Made by a program: the position numbers and the translations under genes. From the IMG/VR virus record IMGVR_UViG_3300037350_000014, positions 1-43,898 of that record: a stretch of 43,898 nucleotides of DNA; one strand, given 5' to 3'. Each line of letters begins with the position of its first letter. Positions within the stretch are counted from its first letter, which is position 1. Shown piece after piece: positions 32,153 through 41,182 of this stretch. This DNA is from a virus (Duplodnaviria > Caudoviricetes). A model generated the notes under the pieces. The model made no database searches. It worked only from the letters and a program-made list of their open reading frames with translations, and was not told the DNA's origin.

Positions 32153-32472
32153 TGGCCTACGGACTTGTGCAACTTCCCCACATGGCAATCGCGGCGTACG
32201 GGCGCCCGAAACCCGCCTCGAACAAGCCGGGCGCGTTCGTGATTCCCGTGGACCCCGAGGGCAATATTGCCCACGTAAATCCTGACGGCACGTACGGGCA
32301 CGCCGATCCACCGACCGCCACTCCAACCGTCGCGAATTGGGCGACACCGGGCGGTAACTTCGGTGATGGCCTCACCGAGTGGCCCGATGGCGCGACGATC
32401 GCCGTCTTCGTGCCGAACAGTGCGGGAGGCGTCGTGACGGCGCTCGGACTGCTATCAACCGGCGTCCTGTAG
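32152..32472 (+). CDS. Hypothetical protein
   Basis: GGAGG SD and TGATG overlap. Confidence 0.65.
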   Translation: MAYGLVQLPHMAIAAYGRPKPASNKPGAFVIPVDPEGNIAHVNPDGTYGHADPPTATPTVANWATPGGNFGDGLTEWPDGATIAVFVPNSAGGVVTALGLLSTGVL

Positions 32473-32521
32473 ATGAATAGAAGATGAACGGGTGTAGACT
32501 ACCCCGGTCAAGGAGACATAC

Positions 32522-32854
32522 ATGGCGACTCCAAAGTGGTTGCAGATTCTCGAAACGTTCGGCCCGATGATCCTCGCGTTCACGCCGTTGGCGCCCATTG
32601 CGCCGGCCGTCACTGCGGCGATTGGCGCGGCTGAAACCACGGCGCTCACCGGCACGGACAAGCTCGCACAGGTCGTGCAGGTTGCCGGTATCGCGGCCGA
32701 GGGCGTCAACGCACAGGTCGGGCATCAGGTCATTGATCCGAGCGTGGTCGCAGCGTCGGCGGCATCCGCGATTTCGGCCGTCGTGCAGATCGCGAACAGC
32801 GTGCATGACGGTGGCGAAGTTCAAGCGACCGCCGCGTCCGTCAAGGGCCAGTAA
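32522..32854 (+). CDS. Putative holin / membrane protein
   Basis: AAGGAG SD; amphipathic and hydrophobic Ala-rich helices; near the endolysin. Confidence 0.45.
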   Translation: MATPKWLQILETFGPMILAFTPLAPIAPAVTAAIGAAETTALTGTDKLAQVVQVAGIAAEGVNAQVGHQVIDPSVVAASAASAISAVVQIANSVHDGGEVQATAASVKGQ

Positions 32855-32875
32855 GCGCCGAAGGAGCGCGCCGCT

Positions 32876-33820
32876 ATGGGTTGGCTGACTGATCCCGTTC
32901 CGCCCGGCTATTACCGCGATTCGAGCGGCATCTGGCCCATTCCTGGCGGTCCCGCGTCCGGGAACCAAAACAGCCCATCGGCCAACGCCGCCAACGCGAC
33001 GACGACCGCCGCGGCGACTCAGGCCGCATCGCAAGACGCCGCAACGAAGGCCGCGTCTCAGACGGCCCTCGCGCAACTGGCCGAAACGTCGAAGCAGAAC
33101 GCCGCGACGAACGCGCAGGCCGCAGCGGATGCCGCCGAGAAGGAACGCGAAGCCCAGGCCAGCGAGGCGGTTGCGTCAGGCCAACTCACGATCCAGCAGG
33201 CGCAGGAACGGCTCGCCGAGCAGACCGCCGCCGATAAGGCCGCAGGCCGGGCGACAATCCTTTCGTACCTGACTGGACAAGGCGGGAGCGGATCGCTCGC
33301 CGCACTCAGTTCTGTTGGTGGGGGAGGCTCGGCGTCGTCCGCTCCATCCTCGTCACTGCCGGCTGACCTGCCACTGTGGGCGCAGCCCGGCAGTACGACT
33401 CCGGCGCCGTGGCAGACCGGAGGCAGCGGTAGCGGTGGACCGCTCGATCCGAACAACCTGTCGCCAGCCGAACGGGCGACCGAGACGTCGGCGCGCGAAC
33501 AGAACGGCCTCGCCTTGCAGTCGGGCATCCGTGACACCGACGCGCTCATGTCGGCGCGAGGCATCGAGGGCAGCGGGATTCACAGCGCGGCACTCCGCGG
33601 ACTCGTCGCGCAGTCGCTCGGAGACTCGGCCGCGACCGACCGCTCAATCATCCAAAACCGAGCCGACGTCGCCGAGAAGGAAAAGCTCGCCGAGATGGGC
33701 TACGACAGCGCGCGGTCGATCGCCTCTGGGAACAATGCGACCCAACTCCAGATCGCCAACCTGAACGCCTCGAATGCGCGGCTGAACGCGCTTCTTGGCG
33801 TCTACGGACAGTTGTACTGA
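32876..33820 (+). CDS. Putative internal virion / DNA ejection protein
   Basis: Ala/Gln-rich helices, ARGIEGSGI motif, AAGGAG SD. Confidence 0.55.
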   Translation: MGWLTDPVPPGYYRDSSGIWPIPGGPASGNQNSPSANAANATTTAAATQAASQDAATKAASQTALAQLAETSKQNAATNAQAAADAAEKEREAQASEAVASGQLTIQQAQERLAEQTAADKAAGRATILSYLTGQGGSGSLAALSSVGGGGSASSAPSSSLPADLPLWAQPGSTTPAPWQTGGSGSGGPLDPNNLSPAERATETSAREQNGLALQSGIRDTDALMSARGIEGSGIHSAALRGLVAQSLGDSAATDRSIIQNRADVAEKEKLAEMGYDSARSIASGNNATQLQIANLNASNARLNALLGVYGQLY

Positions 33821-33823
33821 GTC

Positions 33824-34273
33824 ATGGCAGGCTTCGGCGTACAGCCAGTCGGCGGGAAGGTGTGGGTCCCCCCGTCGCAGGGTGGTGGACCGGCCCAACT
33901 CGGCGGTCCCGGCCTGACCGTGCCTCCGCCTGGGGGCTTGGGTATTGCGCCTCCGCCGCCTGCGTACGTGCCTCCGGTCGCTGCGCCTCCGCCGCCTGAC
34001 AGTGGCGGGTACGGTGGTGGAAGCGGCGGAAGCGGCGGAAGCGGTGGCGGTGGAGGCATCGGACCTGTAAGCGATGGTGGAGCGCCCGCGCCGACACCTT
34101 CGTCCATCTCGCCGTCGATGACCGCGCTTGGCAGCGTCGGACAGCCGCAGCAGAATGAGGGCTGGGGCGCGGCACAACAGACGCCACTCGAACAGGGGCT
34201 TGGGACGCGAACGATTCCCGCATCCGGCCGCGCGCTCGTCACACTCGCAGCACAGAGGGGAACGGTGTACTGA
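33824..34273 (+). CDS. Gly/Pro-rich putative virion protein
   Basis: Low-complexity ORF in the ejection-protein cluster; TGATG-coupled. Confidence 0.5.
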   Translation: MAGFGVQPVGGKVWVPPSQGGGPAQLGGPGLTVPPPGGLGIAPPPPAYVPPVAAPPPPDSGGYGGGSGGSGGSGGGGGIGPVSDGGAPAPTPSSISPSMTALGSVGQPQQNEGWGAAQQTPLEQGLGTRTIPASGRALVTLAAQRGTVY

Positions 34274-34749
34274 TGGCGGCTTTCGATGGCTCCTACAACG
34301 GCCTGTCAGGCAAGTCGGCGCTCTCGGGCTTGAGCGCGCTTGCCAGTGGCGCGATCCGAGGGCCGCAAATTCAGCCGGTCCGCGAAGGCGGTCCCACGCT
34401 GGACGGGTCGATCTACGCGCCAGCCGTGCAGCCGGAGATGGCCTTCGATGGACAGCCCACCGCGCAGGATATGAGCGATGGCGCGCAGTCCGCGTCCGTG
34501 TGGGCGCACTCGCAGGTGCCTCCGCACACGGTTGACGGCCCGGTTCCAGCAACGGACCCGACATCGCAGATCGCGGAGAATCTTCGGGCCCGATTGCAGG
34601 CCGCAGGTGCGGCGCCCGCCGATGCGACGACCGCCGAGGCCGCGGGCGCCGCGAACCGTAGCGCCCAAGCGCAGAACACGGCGGCTCAGGCCGCGCCGGC
34701 GAGCGCCTGGGGGAAGATGCGGCGCGCGGGGCGCCAGAGGGGGCGGTAA
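34273..34749 (+). CDS. Ala-rich putative virion protein
   Basis: Coupled at both ends. Confidence 0.5.
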   Translation: MAAFDGSYNGLSGKSALSGLSALASGAIRGPQIQPVREGGPTLDGSIYAPAVQPEMAFDGQPTAQDMSDGAQSASVWAHSQVPPHTVDGPVPATDPTSQIAENLRARLQAAGAAPADATTAEAAGAANRSAQAQNTAAQAAPASAWGKMRRAGRQRGR

Positions 34750-35789
34750 TGCCGATTCCGCAATCACTCATCAGCCTCAGTCAGCCGCGCCCGGTGCCTG
34801 GCATGTCGGATTTCGATCCGTCGCTAGGCGGCGTGATTGACGAGTCTGCCGGCGATCCGTCCGACGCACTGGCGGCACTCGCGTCGATGTCCGGTGGATC
34901 GAACTCGGCGTCCGATCCCGGCGCCGGATGGAGCCAGGCGCACCCGTTTGAGTCGGCCGCGATGGGCAACGGCGCGTCTGGACATCTTTCGGCGATGGAT
35001 CTGGCCGACATTACCGGTAAACTCGGCGAGTTCGGCAAAGAGAACTTCATTTTCCAGAACGGGCTTCGCAACGCCGAGATGGACCGTGCTCACGAGGATG
35101 CGGTCGCGAAGGGCGCGGCGATGGACGTCGCGAACCCGGCGTCGTTGCGCGCGCTCTCTCAGGAGAAGGCGCAGCACGATTTCAACGCGCAGAAAGAGGC
35201 TGAACGGCTCGCGGCCGATTCGGACTTTCAAGACACCGAGGCCCGGTCGAAGAACGCACTCGGGAACGAGCTCGCCACGAACACGGCTGAGTCGCAGGCG
35301 CGGGAGGCGATGTCGCCGGCGCAGCAGGCGCTCCGCGGCTCGGCGCTCGAAGACGCGCTCGCCAAACTGCACGAGCAGTACGTCACCGGGCCGTCGCGGG
35401 TCGCTGACATCACTTCAGCCGGCAAAGAGGAAGCGGCTCGACTTCGAGGCGAGGATTACGTGACGGCCCGTACCGCTGAGGCCGACGCAAAGGTCAAGGC
35501 GGCTGAACTTGCCGCCGCTGGAAAGCAGAATCAGGGCATTGCGCTCCTGACGAGCGTCCTCAAGAACGCGCGGAAGATCGACCCGAACAATGGTCGTCCT
35601 GTGCCGTACTCCGCAAAGGAGATGCAGGACATCATCGCCCAGATGGGGGGCGGTTCCGGTGCGGCCGGTGGCGCTAACATTCCGCCTGCCGTCGCACAGG
35701 CGCTCAAGGGCGCGGCGCCCGGCAAGCACACCCTTTCCGACGGCTCGACGTGGGTCGTCAACCCTGACGGCTCTGTCATCGGCGGATGA
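34749..35789 (+). CDS. Putative internal virion / ejection protein
   Basis: Helical Ala/Glu-rich; C-terminal GKHTLSDGSTWVVNPDG hairpin. Confidence 0.55.
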   Translation: MPIPQSLISLSQPRPVPGMSDFDPSLGGVIDESAGDPSDALAALASMSGGSNSASDPGAGWSQAHPFESAAMGNGASGHLSAMDLADITGKLGEFGKENFIFQNGLRNAEMDRAHEDAVAKGAAMDVANPASLRALSQEKAQHDFNAQKEAERLAADSDFQDTEARSKNALGNELATNTAESQAREAMSPAQQALRGSALEDALAKLHEQYVTGPSRVADITSAGKEEAARLRGEDYVTARTAEADAKVKAAELAAAGKQNQGIALLTSVLKNARKIDPNNGRPVPYSAKEMQDIIAQMGGGSGAAGGANIPPAVAQALKGAAPGKHTLSDGSTWVVNPDGSVIGG

Positions 35790-35792
35790 CCC

Positions 35793-38612
35793 ATGACCGA
35801 TCCGCTCGACGACGCATTCGCAGACGCCGCGCCTGACGACGGGCAAGGTCCGCTCAAGATCGTCAAGAGCGAACCACTCCCGCAGGCGCCGCTACGCATC
35901 GTCGCGAGTGCGCCGCTCGACAAATCGCCGGTATCCCACGCCGCGGCACAGCCGCCGCTCTCCATCGTCAAAAGCGAACCCGCGCCGGCCGCACCAGCCA
36001 GCGGTATGTTCTCGTGGCTCCCCAGCCCTCGCGCGCTCGCTGGGGGCGCGGTCAGGATCGGCGGAGGCCTCATTGCCAGCCTGCTCGCTGACGCGCCTGG
36101 ACTCGGCACTGCGGCCGGCGCTGCCCTCGGCGGCGGCAGTGAATCGCTGGCCGAGAAGATCGCCGGGACCGAGCAAGACCCAGCGGCCATCGCCATCGCA
36201 GGAGGACTCGGCGCGATCCCGATGGGCAATTTCTTCAAGGGTGCGTGGAAGGCGGCAGAGGCCGGAGCGCCGCTCCTTGAAAAGCTCGCCATCCTCGGCA
36301 AGAACACCGGCCTGAATGCGCTCAAGGGCGCCGGGCTGAACGTCGGGACCGACATCGCCTCTCGCGTGGCTCACGGTGAGCCCGTCAGCGTCAACAGCGA
36401 AGTCGTGCCGGCCGTGATTGGCGCGGGCGGTGCGGCTATCGGGAGCGCGTTGGCGCGGCGCGCTGGCGGCGCGGAACCGGCGATGATGGAGTCGGCCACG
36501 GCTCGGCCCGTCACGATGACTCCGCGCGACCTTCCCGGCGTCCCTGACTTCGCGCCGCATCCTGACCTGCTTGGCGTGCCGAGCGGTTCGCCTGTTGGTT
36601 CAACGCCGATGGATCGCTGGCTTAACCAGCCGTCGTTCGAGGAGTCGATGGGTTCGGTTGGAGATGCCGCGTACCAAGCGTCGGCTCCGGCGCGTGATCG
36701 GAATGCCATCACCAGCCTGATCGGACGACCCGAACCGTCTCAGCCGACGATGCTGCGCGATCCGAAGATCGCGGCGCTCGAAGACATGCTGCTTGGCTCC
36801 GAAGCCCGAACGCCACTCTTTTCAGGTGAGGCGCGAGGATCGGTGAACGCCGGGCCGGATCGCTTCCCCTTGTTCGGCGACAAGCCATCAGGCACGCCGG
36901 AACCGTGGCACGTCAACGCGCCTGACGGGCCACCTGAACCGCCGCCCGAAGCTCCGCCGTGGATGCCTGACACATCGCGTCCACCGGACCTTCCGGGTGT
37001 TCCACGTGGAGCAACCACGCCGGACCCGCAACTGGACGCGCTTCAGGAAATGCTCACGGGTATCCAGAATCGCCGCGGCGAACTCGGACCACCGCCAGAA
37101 CCGCACACGGAAGGCGCTCCGGTCGCTCCACCGCTTGAGATCTCGGCTCCGGCCGCGCCTCAACACTCCCCGGTCGGCACGAACGCTCATACGGGCGCCG
37201 AAACGCCCTCAGAGGGGTACACTCAGGCTCCAAGTAGCCCCTCTGTCGCTTCGTCCACGCCGTCTGCCTCGCCGGTCATCGAGCGCCTGTACCGCATGCT
37301 CCAACCGATCTGGGAGCGCGACAACGCCGCCGCGCCGGAAGGCGTCGGCCCAAACCCGCCACAGTCCCTCGCGGAGTTTGAGGCCGAGACACGCACCGAC
37401 GACCAGCGCTCGCTCATGTGGCAGCAGCGACAGATTCGCAGCAAGATCGACTCGGGCGAACTCGGTTTCATCGACCCATCGCTGGCTTACCCGCTCGGAG
37501 GCGCCGCGGCCGGCGCCGTCGCTGGACCGATGATCGATCGCGAGAACCCGCGGGAAGGTGCAGTCGGCGGAGCGGCGCTCGGTGCCATCGCCGGGCTCGG
37601 GCTGCACAATCCAGCCGCACTCCGGGCGCTCCGGTACTCGAACCTGCTCTCGGGCATGGCGGTCCCGAAGAAGATCCTGGGCGACCTTGGCGAGATGGGG
37701 TACACCGCGCTCGAACAGCCCGGCCGCGCCGGCGCACTCGGGTCTGCACTCGCGAGCCCGGACACGTTGTCGTCGATCGCTGAACACTGGAACAATCCGA
37801 AGATCGCGCAGATCGAGCGCGGAGGCACACCGTTCGAGGGACCGGCTGCAAGCGTGCTCGGCCTGCCGTCTCGGGCGCTCGGTGCCATCACGGAAGCTGC
37901 GAAGGACGTCTACGGCCGGGCCGGGTTCACGCCAGAGGAAGCCGCGGCGCACACGTTCACGAACGAACCGAACGCCGACGCGACGGAAAAACTGCTTGCA
38001 TTCGCGCGGACAGGACTCGGCAACTGGCTGATGCCGGTTGCGAAGATCCCGCTCAATCTCATTGAGCGCGGGATCGAGCGCACGCCTGGGCTCGGCTCGT
38101 TGCAAAGTGTGCGCGACTGGACCGGCGCGAGTCCTGAGTTGGCGCTGCGTCGGCAGTTGATTGGCGGTGGCGCGATGGCTGCGGCTGGAGCGGCGGGCGC
38201 CGCGACGGCCCCAGGCTCGGGTCATGAGGACTTGGCAAAGTACGCCGACGCGCTCCCGTTGATCGGTGGCGGGTTGACGGTGCCCGCCGAGGCCGCGGTG
38301 CAGGCCGGGCGCATGATGGCGACTCCGTACAAGGGCAGCGTGCTTGATACGCTCGCGGCACTCCTGCACGGGTACAACAAGGCTCTCCCGCTTCCGACCG
38401 GCCTCCCGGATCAGTTCAGCACGAAGAACCCGGCCGGTGCGCTCGCGACGTGGCTCTCGCAGTTCATTCCATTTGGACAGGCAACAAAGAAGCTCTACCC
38501 GGTTCCCCAGAACGAGTTCGACACGCGCGGGCTGTTCTTCGGGCCTTCGACGGCCGAGATTCCCGGCGTGAACGAGTCCGTGCTGCCGCGCAAACTCGCG
38601 CCCATTCGGTGA
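35793..38612 (+). CDS. Large internal virion / ejection protein
   Basis: 939 aa; several Gly/Ala-rich hydrophobic segments; last large gene of the structural arm. Confidence 0.6.
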   Translation: MTDPLDDAFADAAPDDGQGPLKIVKSEPLPQAPLRIVASAPLDKSPVSHAAAQPPLSIVKSEPAPAAPASGMFSWLPSPRALAGGAVRIGGGLIASLLADAPGLGTAAGAALGGGSESLAEKIAGTEQDPAAIAIAGGLGAIPMGNFFKGAWKAAEAGAPLLEKLAILGKNTGLNALKGAGLNVGTDIASRVAHGEPVSVNSEVVPAVIGAGGAAIGSALARRAGGAEPAMMESATARPVTMTPRDLPGVPDFAPHPDLLGVPSGSPVGSTPMDRWLNQPSFEESMGSVGDAAYQASAPARDRNAITSLIGRPEPSQPTMLRDPKIAALEDMLLGSEARTPLFSGEARGSVNAGPDRFPLFGDKPSGTPEPWHVNAPDGPPEPPPEAPPWMPDTSRPPDLPGVPRGATTPDPQLDALQEMLTGIQNRRGELGPPPEPHTEGAPVAPPLEISAPAAPQHSPVGTNAHTGAETPSEGYTQAPSSPSVASSTPSASPVIERLYRMLQPIWERDNAAAPEGVGPNPPQSLAEFEAETRTDDQRSLMWQQRQIRSKIDSGELGFIDPSLAYPLGGAAAGAVAGPMIDRENPREGAVGGAALGAIAGLGLHNPAALRALRYSNLLSGMAVPKKILGDLGEMGYTALEQPGRAGALGSALASPDTLSSIAEHWNNPKIAQIERGGTPFEGPAASVLGLPSRALGAITEAAKDVYGRAGFTPEEAAAHTFTNEPNADATEKLLAFARTGLGNWLMPVAKIPLNLIERGIERTPGLGSLQSVRDWTGASPELALRRQLIGGGAMAAAGAAGAATAPGSGHEDLAKYADALPLIGGGLTVPAEAAVQAGRMMATPYKGSVLDTLAALLHGYNKALPLPTGLPDQFSTKNPAGALATWLSQFIPFGQATKKLYPVPQNEFDTRGLFFGPSTAEIPGVNESVLPRKLAPIR

Positions 38613-38628
38613 TGACGTGGAGTACGCC

Positions 38629-39036
38629 ATGAGCACTGCCGAGTTGGACAGCTTGCGGAACTACTTTGCCGATCGGCTGAACGAAACAGCCGAGCGGTTG
38701 GAGCGCGGCCAGAACGAGACGGCTGAGCGGCTGGAACGCGGGCAGGAACGTATCAATGAGCATCTGCGTTTCACCGATGCCTCGGTCGCGAAGCAGGAGA
38801 TTCGCATTCGCGTGATTGAAGCCTCGTGTCTCGGGCGGCACTCCACGCCACCGAATCCGCCGCCGAACCCGCCATCAGACGCGAAGCCGATCACGGTCGG
38901 CGATGCGAAGCGGTACTGGGGAACCGTGCTCGTCGTGGCCGGCGCGTTCTGGGGAGTCATGAAGGCCGCGTGGTGGATGATCGCGGTCGGACTCCCGATG
39001 ATTATTCACTCGATCAACACGAACGGTAAAACGTAG
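38629..39036 (+). CDS. Coiled-coil protein with C-terminal TM segment (holin-like)
   Basis: GGAG SD; (NETAERLERGQ)x2; hydrophobic C-terminus. Confidence 0.55.
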   Translation: MSTAELDSLRNYFADRLNETAERLERGQNETAERLERGQERINEHLRFTDASVAKQEIRIRVIEASCLGRHSTPPNPPPNPPSDAKPITVGDAKRYWGTVLVVAGAFWGVMKAAWWMIAVGLPMIIHSINTNGKT

Positions 39037-39045
39037 GAGTCGCAC

Positions 39046-39237
39046 ATGGGCGCGATGGATGGGCTGAAGTGGATGGCGTCGGCGGTCAAGCATCCCGGTT
39101 CACTGACGGCTGAGGCGCACAAGCAGGGCGAGTCTCCGATGGAGTTCGCTCGAGAGCACTACCACTCGAAGGGGAAGGTCGGCCAGAAGGCCCGGTTTGC
39201 GGTCAACGCGCAGAAGGGTCGTCGGAAGAAGAAATAG
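39046..39237 (+). CDS. Small basic conserved phage protein
   Basis: KWM..AVKHPGSL..KARFA..RRKKK; AGGAG SD. Confidence 0.7.
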   Translation: MGAMDGLKWMASAVKHPGSLTAEAHKQGESPMEFAREHYHSKGKVGQKARFAVNAQKGRRKKK

Positions 39238-39430
39238 ACATGTCGCTCGGGAAGCAATCGATTGGCGTGTCGATCCCGAGGTGATTCGCGTTCCGCCACA
39301 GCGCCGACATCACAACGTTGCGCGGCGTCGTCAACGCGCACTTCTGCATCATCTGCTGCACGAGCGCGAGTTCTTCGGTCGTGAGGCCGATGTCCAGCAC
39401 CAGCGCCTCGCGCCTCGGCTTCCGCTTCAC
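39203..39430 (-). CDS. Putative ribbon-helix-helix protein (paralog of 12804..13049)
   Basis: GGAG SD, GTGA overlap; aligns by eye to the 12804 ORF. Confidence 0.6.
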   Translation of the reverse strand: MKRKPRREALVLDIGLTTEELALVQQMMQKCALTTPRNVVMSALWRNANHLGIDTPIDCFPSDMSISSSDDPSAR

Positions 39431-40194
39431 GGCGTCTCCAGTCCACGGGCGAGGGCGTCCGCCAACTCAGATCGCTGTTCAGGTGATGCCAAGTTCACGT
39501 AGACGGTGCCGTTTCGCGTCGGTAGGACCTTGATTGCCTCTTCACGCAGCACCGCCTCGATCCGCTCCTTCGTGGGGCGCGCGGCTTCGAGGAGATGACC
39601 ATATCCGGCGCTTCGCAGTTCGGCATCTGTCCAATCGCGGTGAGGACAGCCGACTTCATGCCACCAGTCGGTCGGATGGAATCGGCAGCACCATGTCTTG
39701 CCTGAACCGTAGGACTGTTCGAGCATCTTGGCGCGGGACACCTTCTCGTCTTCGAGTTCATTCACGCGCGCCTGGGCCGCAGCGAGTCTGCTTGCATGTG
39801 CCTCTGCGTCGATTCGCCATGCAGTCACCGCAGCTTGGGCGGCATCGCGCGCAGCCATCATGTCAACCAATTCGCCGGTCACTTGGTCGAAGGATGTTTG
39901 AGCAGCGGCCAGTTCCCCGGCGAGCCGCGTCAGTTCGGCCGAGTTGACAGCATCGACCTGCACGGATTCACGCAGCCGTTTGGCCTCATCCTCGAATGGG
40001 CAATGGAGCGACGTGCATTCGGTGTGTGCCGCTTTGTATTCGCGCAGTGCCGTCAGTTCGGCGCGGTCGGTGAGGGCTTGACGGAGCAGAAGCAACGTGC
40101 GCGTATCAGGCCGCGTAGTAAGCGCCCCAGTGAGCCTGTCTTCGTGCAGGATAATCTCCGCCCTCAGTGCTGCTTCTGATGTGTCGATGCTCAT
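39427..40194 (-). CDS. Mosaic coiled-coil hypothetical protein
   Basis: Coupled at both ends; Cys/His clusters within the coiled coil. Confidence 0.6.
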   Translation of the reverse strand: MSIDTSEAALRAEIILHEDRLTGALTTRPDTRTLLLLRQALTDRAELTALREYKAAHTECTSLHCPFEDEAKRLRESVQVDAVNSAELTRLAGELAAAQTSFDQVTGELVDMMAARDAAQAAVTAWRIDAEAHASRLAAAQARVNELEDEKVSRAKMLEQSYGSGKTWCCRFHPTDWWHEVGCPHRDWTDAELRSAGYGHLLEAARPTKERIEAVLREEAIKVLPTRNGTVYVNLASPEQRSELADALARGLETP

Positions 40195-40595
40195 TGGTCG
40201 CCCCCACGCAGAATGTCCGCTACAACTGCCGCCAGATTCGTGCCCATTCCGACAACCTTCCTGCGTCCTTCATCCGAAGTCATCGCTGGTGACAAGAAGG
40301 CATCGCAATGTCCCAGCGCCTTCTCAATCCGCGCCCGCAACGCGCGGACCTCGCGGAGCAGCATTGGCATGTCTTCTCGGGCGTGGGCGATGAACTCGGC
40401 GTTGGCGAGATCGCGCTCCCAATCCTCAGCCTCAGCCCAATCGTAATCGTGAAGGCTGCGCTGTATCTCGCGGATGCTGATGAGCAACGGGTCGTCGGCA
40501 TCGCCTTCGATTTCCAGCGTCCACGGTCCAAGTGTGGCCTTAGCCAGCCGTTCCTCGATCGCCGTCAGGTCCGCGTCGGTCAGTGGGGGCGTCAT
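40191..40595 (-). CDS. Ead/Ea22-like protein
   Basis: L.AIEERLAKAT.GPW..ANAEFIAHAREDMP.LL.EV. Confidence 0.75.
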   Translation of the reverse strand: MTPPLTDADLTAIEERLAKATLGPWTLEIEGDADDPLLISIREIQRSLHDYDWAEAEDWERDLANAEFIAHAREDMPMLLREVRALRARIEKALGHCDAFLSPAMTSDEGRRKVVGMGTNLAAVVADILRGGDQ

Positions 40596-40831
40596 CGGGG
40601 CCACTCGGTGATGATGGCGTTGACCTTGGGTTGTCCGATGATCCGGCCTCGTCCGTCTCCGATGAGATGCTTTCCGTGATGGTCACGAAGCATGCCTACC
40701 GCAGTTTCGGACGCCTGTTTGTGGACCTGCGCCAGATCGCAAGACTCGCCCCACGAGGAAGGAATCTCGATCTCAATCGTCAGCGTCACTCGCGCTGTCG
40801 CTGTCACTTTCGCTTCGCTAGTTCCGGCCAT
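40592..40831 (-). CDS. Hypothetical protein
   Basis: AAGGAGG SD before ATG 40831. Confidence 0.65.
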   Translation of the reverse strand: MAGTSEAKVTATARVTLTIEIEIPSSWGESCDLAQVHKQASETAVGMLRDHHGKHLIGDGRGRIIGQPKVNAIITEWPR

Positions 40832-41021
40832 TCTTGCCCTCCTTGGCCGCGCGGGCGGCACGCTTGAACGTATGGATACGGACACGGAGCGAGCGCGGCG
40901 GATTGATGGTCGTGATATCGCCTGGTTCAGAACGCCACGCATCGCGTAGCCGTGCGTGCTGTCTCGCCCGACGACCAATAGGCCAAGCGCGCAGCATCTC
41001 TCGCAGCGTTAGACTTCTCAC
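40818..41021 (-). CDS. Small basic hypothetical protein
   Basis: GTGA overlap with the upstream ORF. Confidence 0.45.
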   Translation of the reverse strand: MRSLTLREMLRAWPIGRRARQHARLRDAWRSEPGDITTINPPRSLRVRIHTFKRAARAAKEGKNGRN

Positions 41022-41182
41022 GGCGTGACCGTCTCCTGTGCGGCGCGGGCCGCGACCTTCCGAAACGACGGATGCACGATAATGAAGTCGTCAGGACGCA
41101 TGCAGTCGCAGCCGACAATCAGCACGTCAAAACACTTGACCGGCGTGCGCTGTGCTGCGCAGAACGGACATGTCACCGTCAT
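41018..41182 (-). CDS. Small Cys-containing protein (54 aa)
   Basis: MTVTCPFCAAQ..GCDC; fills the gap with overlaps at both ends. Confidence 0.5.
   Translation of the reverse strand: MTVTCPFCAAQRTPVKCFDVLIVGCDCMRPDDFIIVHPSFRKVAARAAQETVTP

Noticed and set aside
34005-34060. (GGAAGCGGC)n repeat
   Set aside because: Ordinary Gly/Ser linker coding sequence
37450-37530. Prepilin-like G/F cleavage motif (ELGFIDPS followed by a hydrophobic segment) in the large virion protein
   Set aside because: Internal location, no Glu at +5 and no basic leader; too weak
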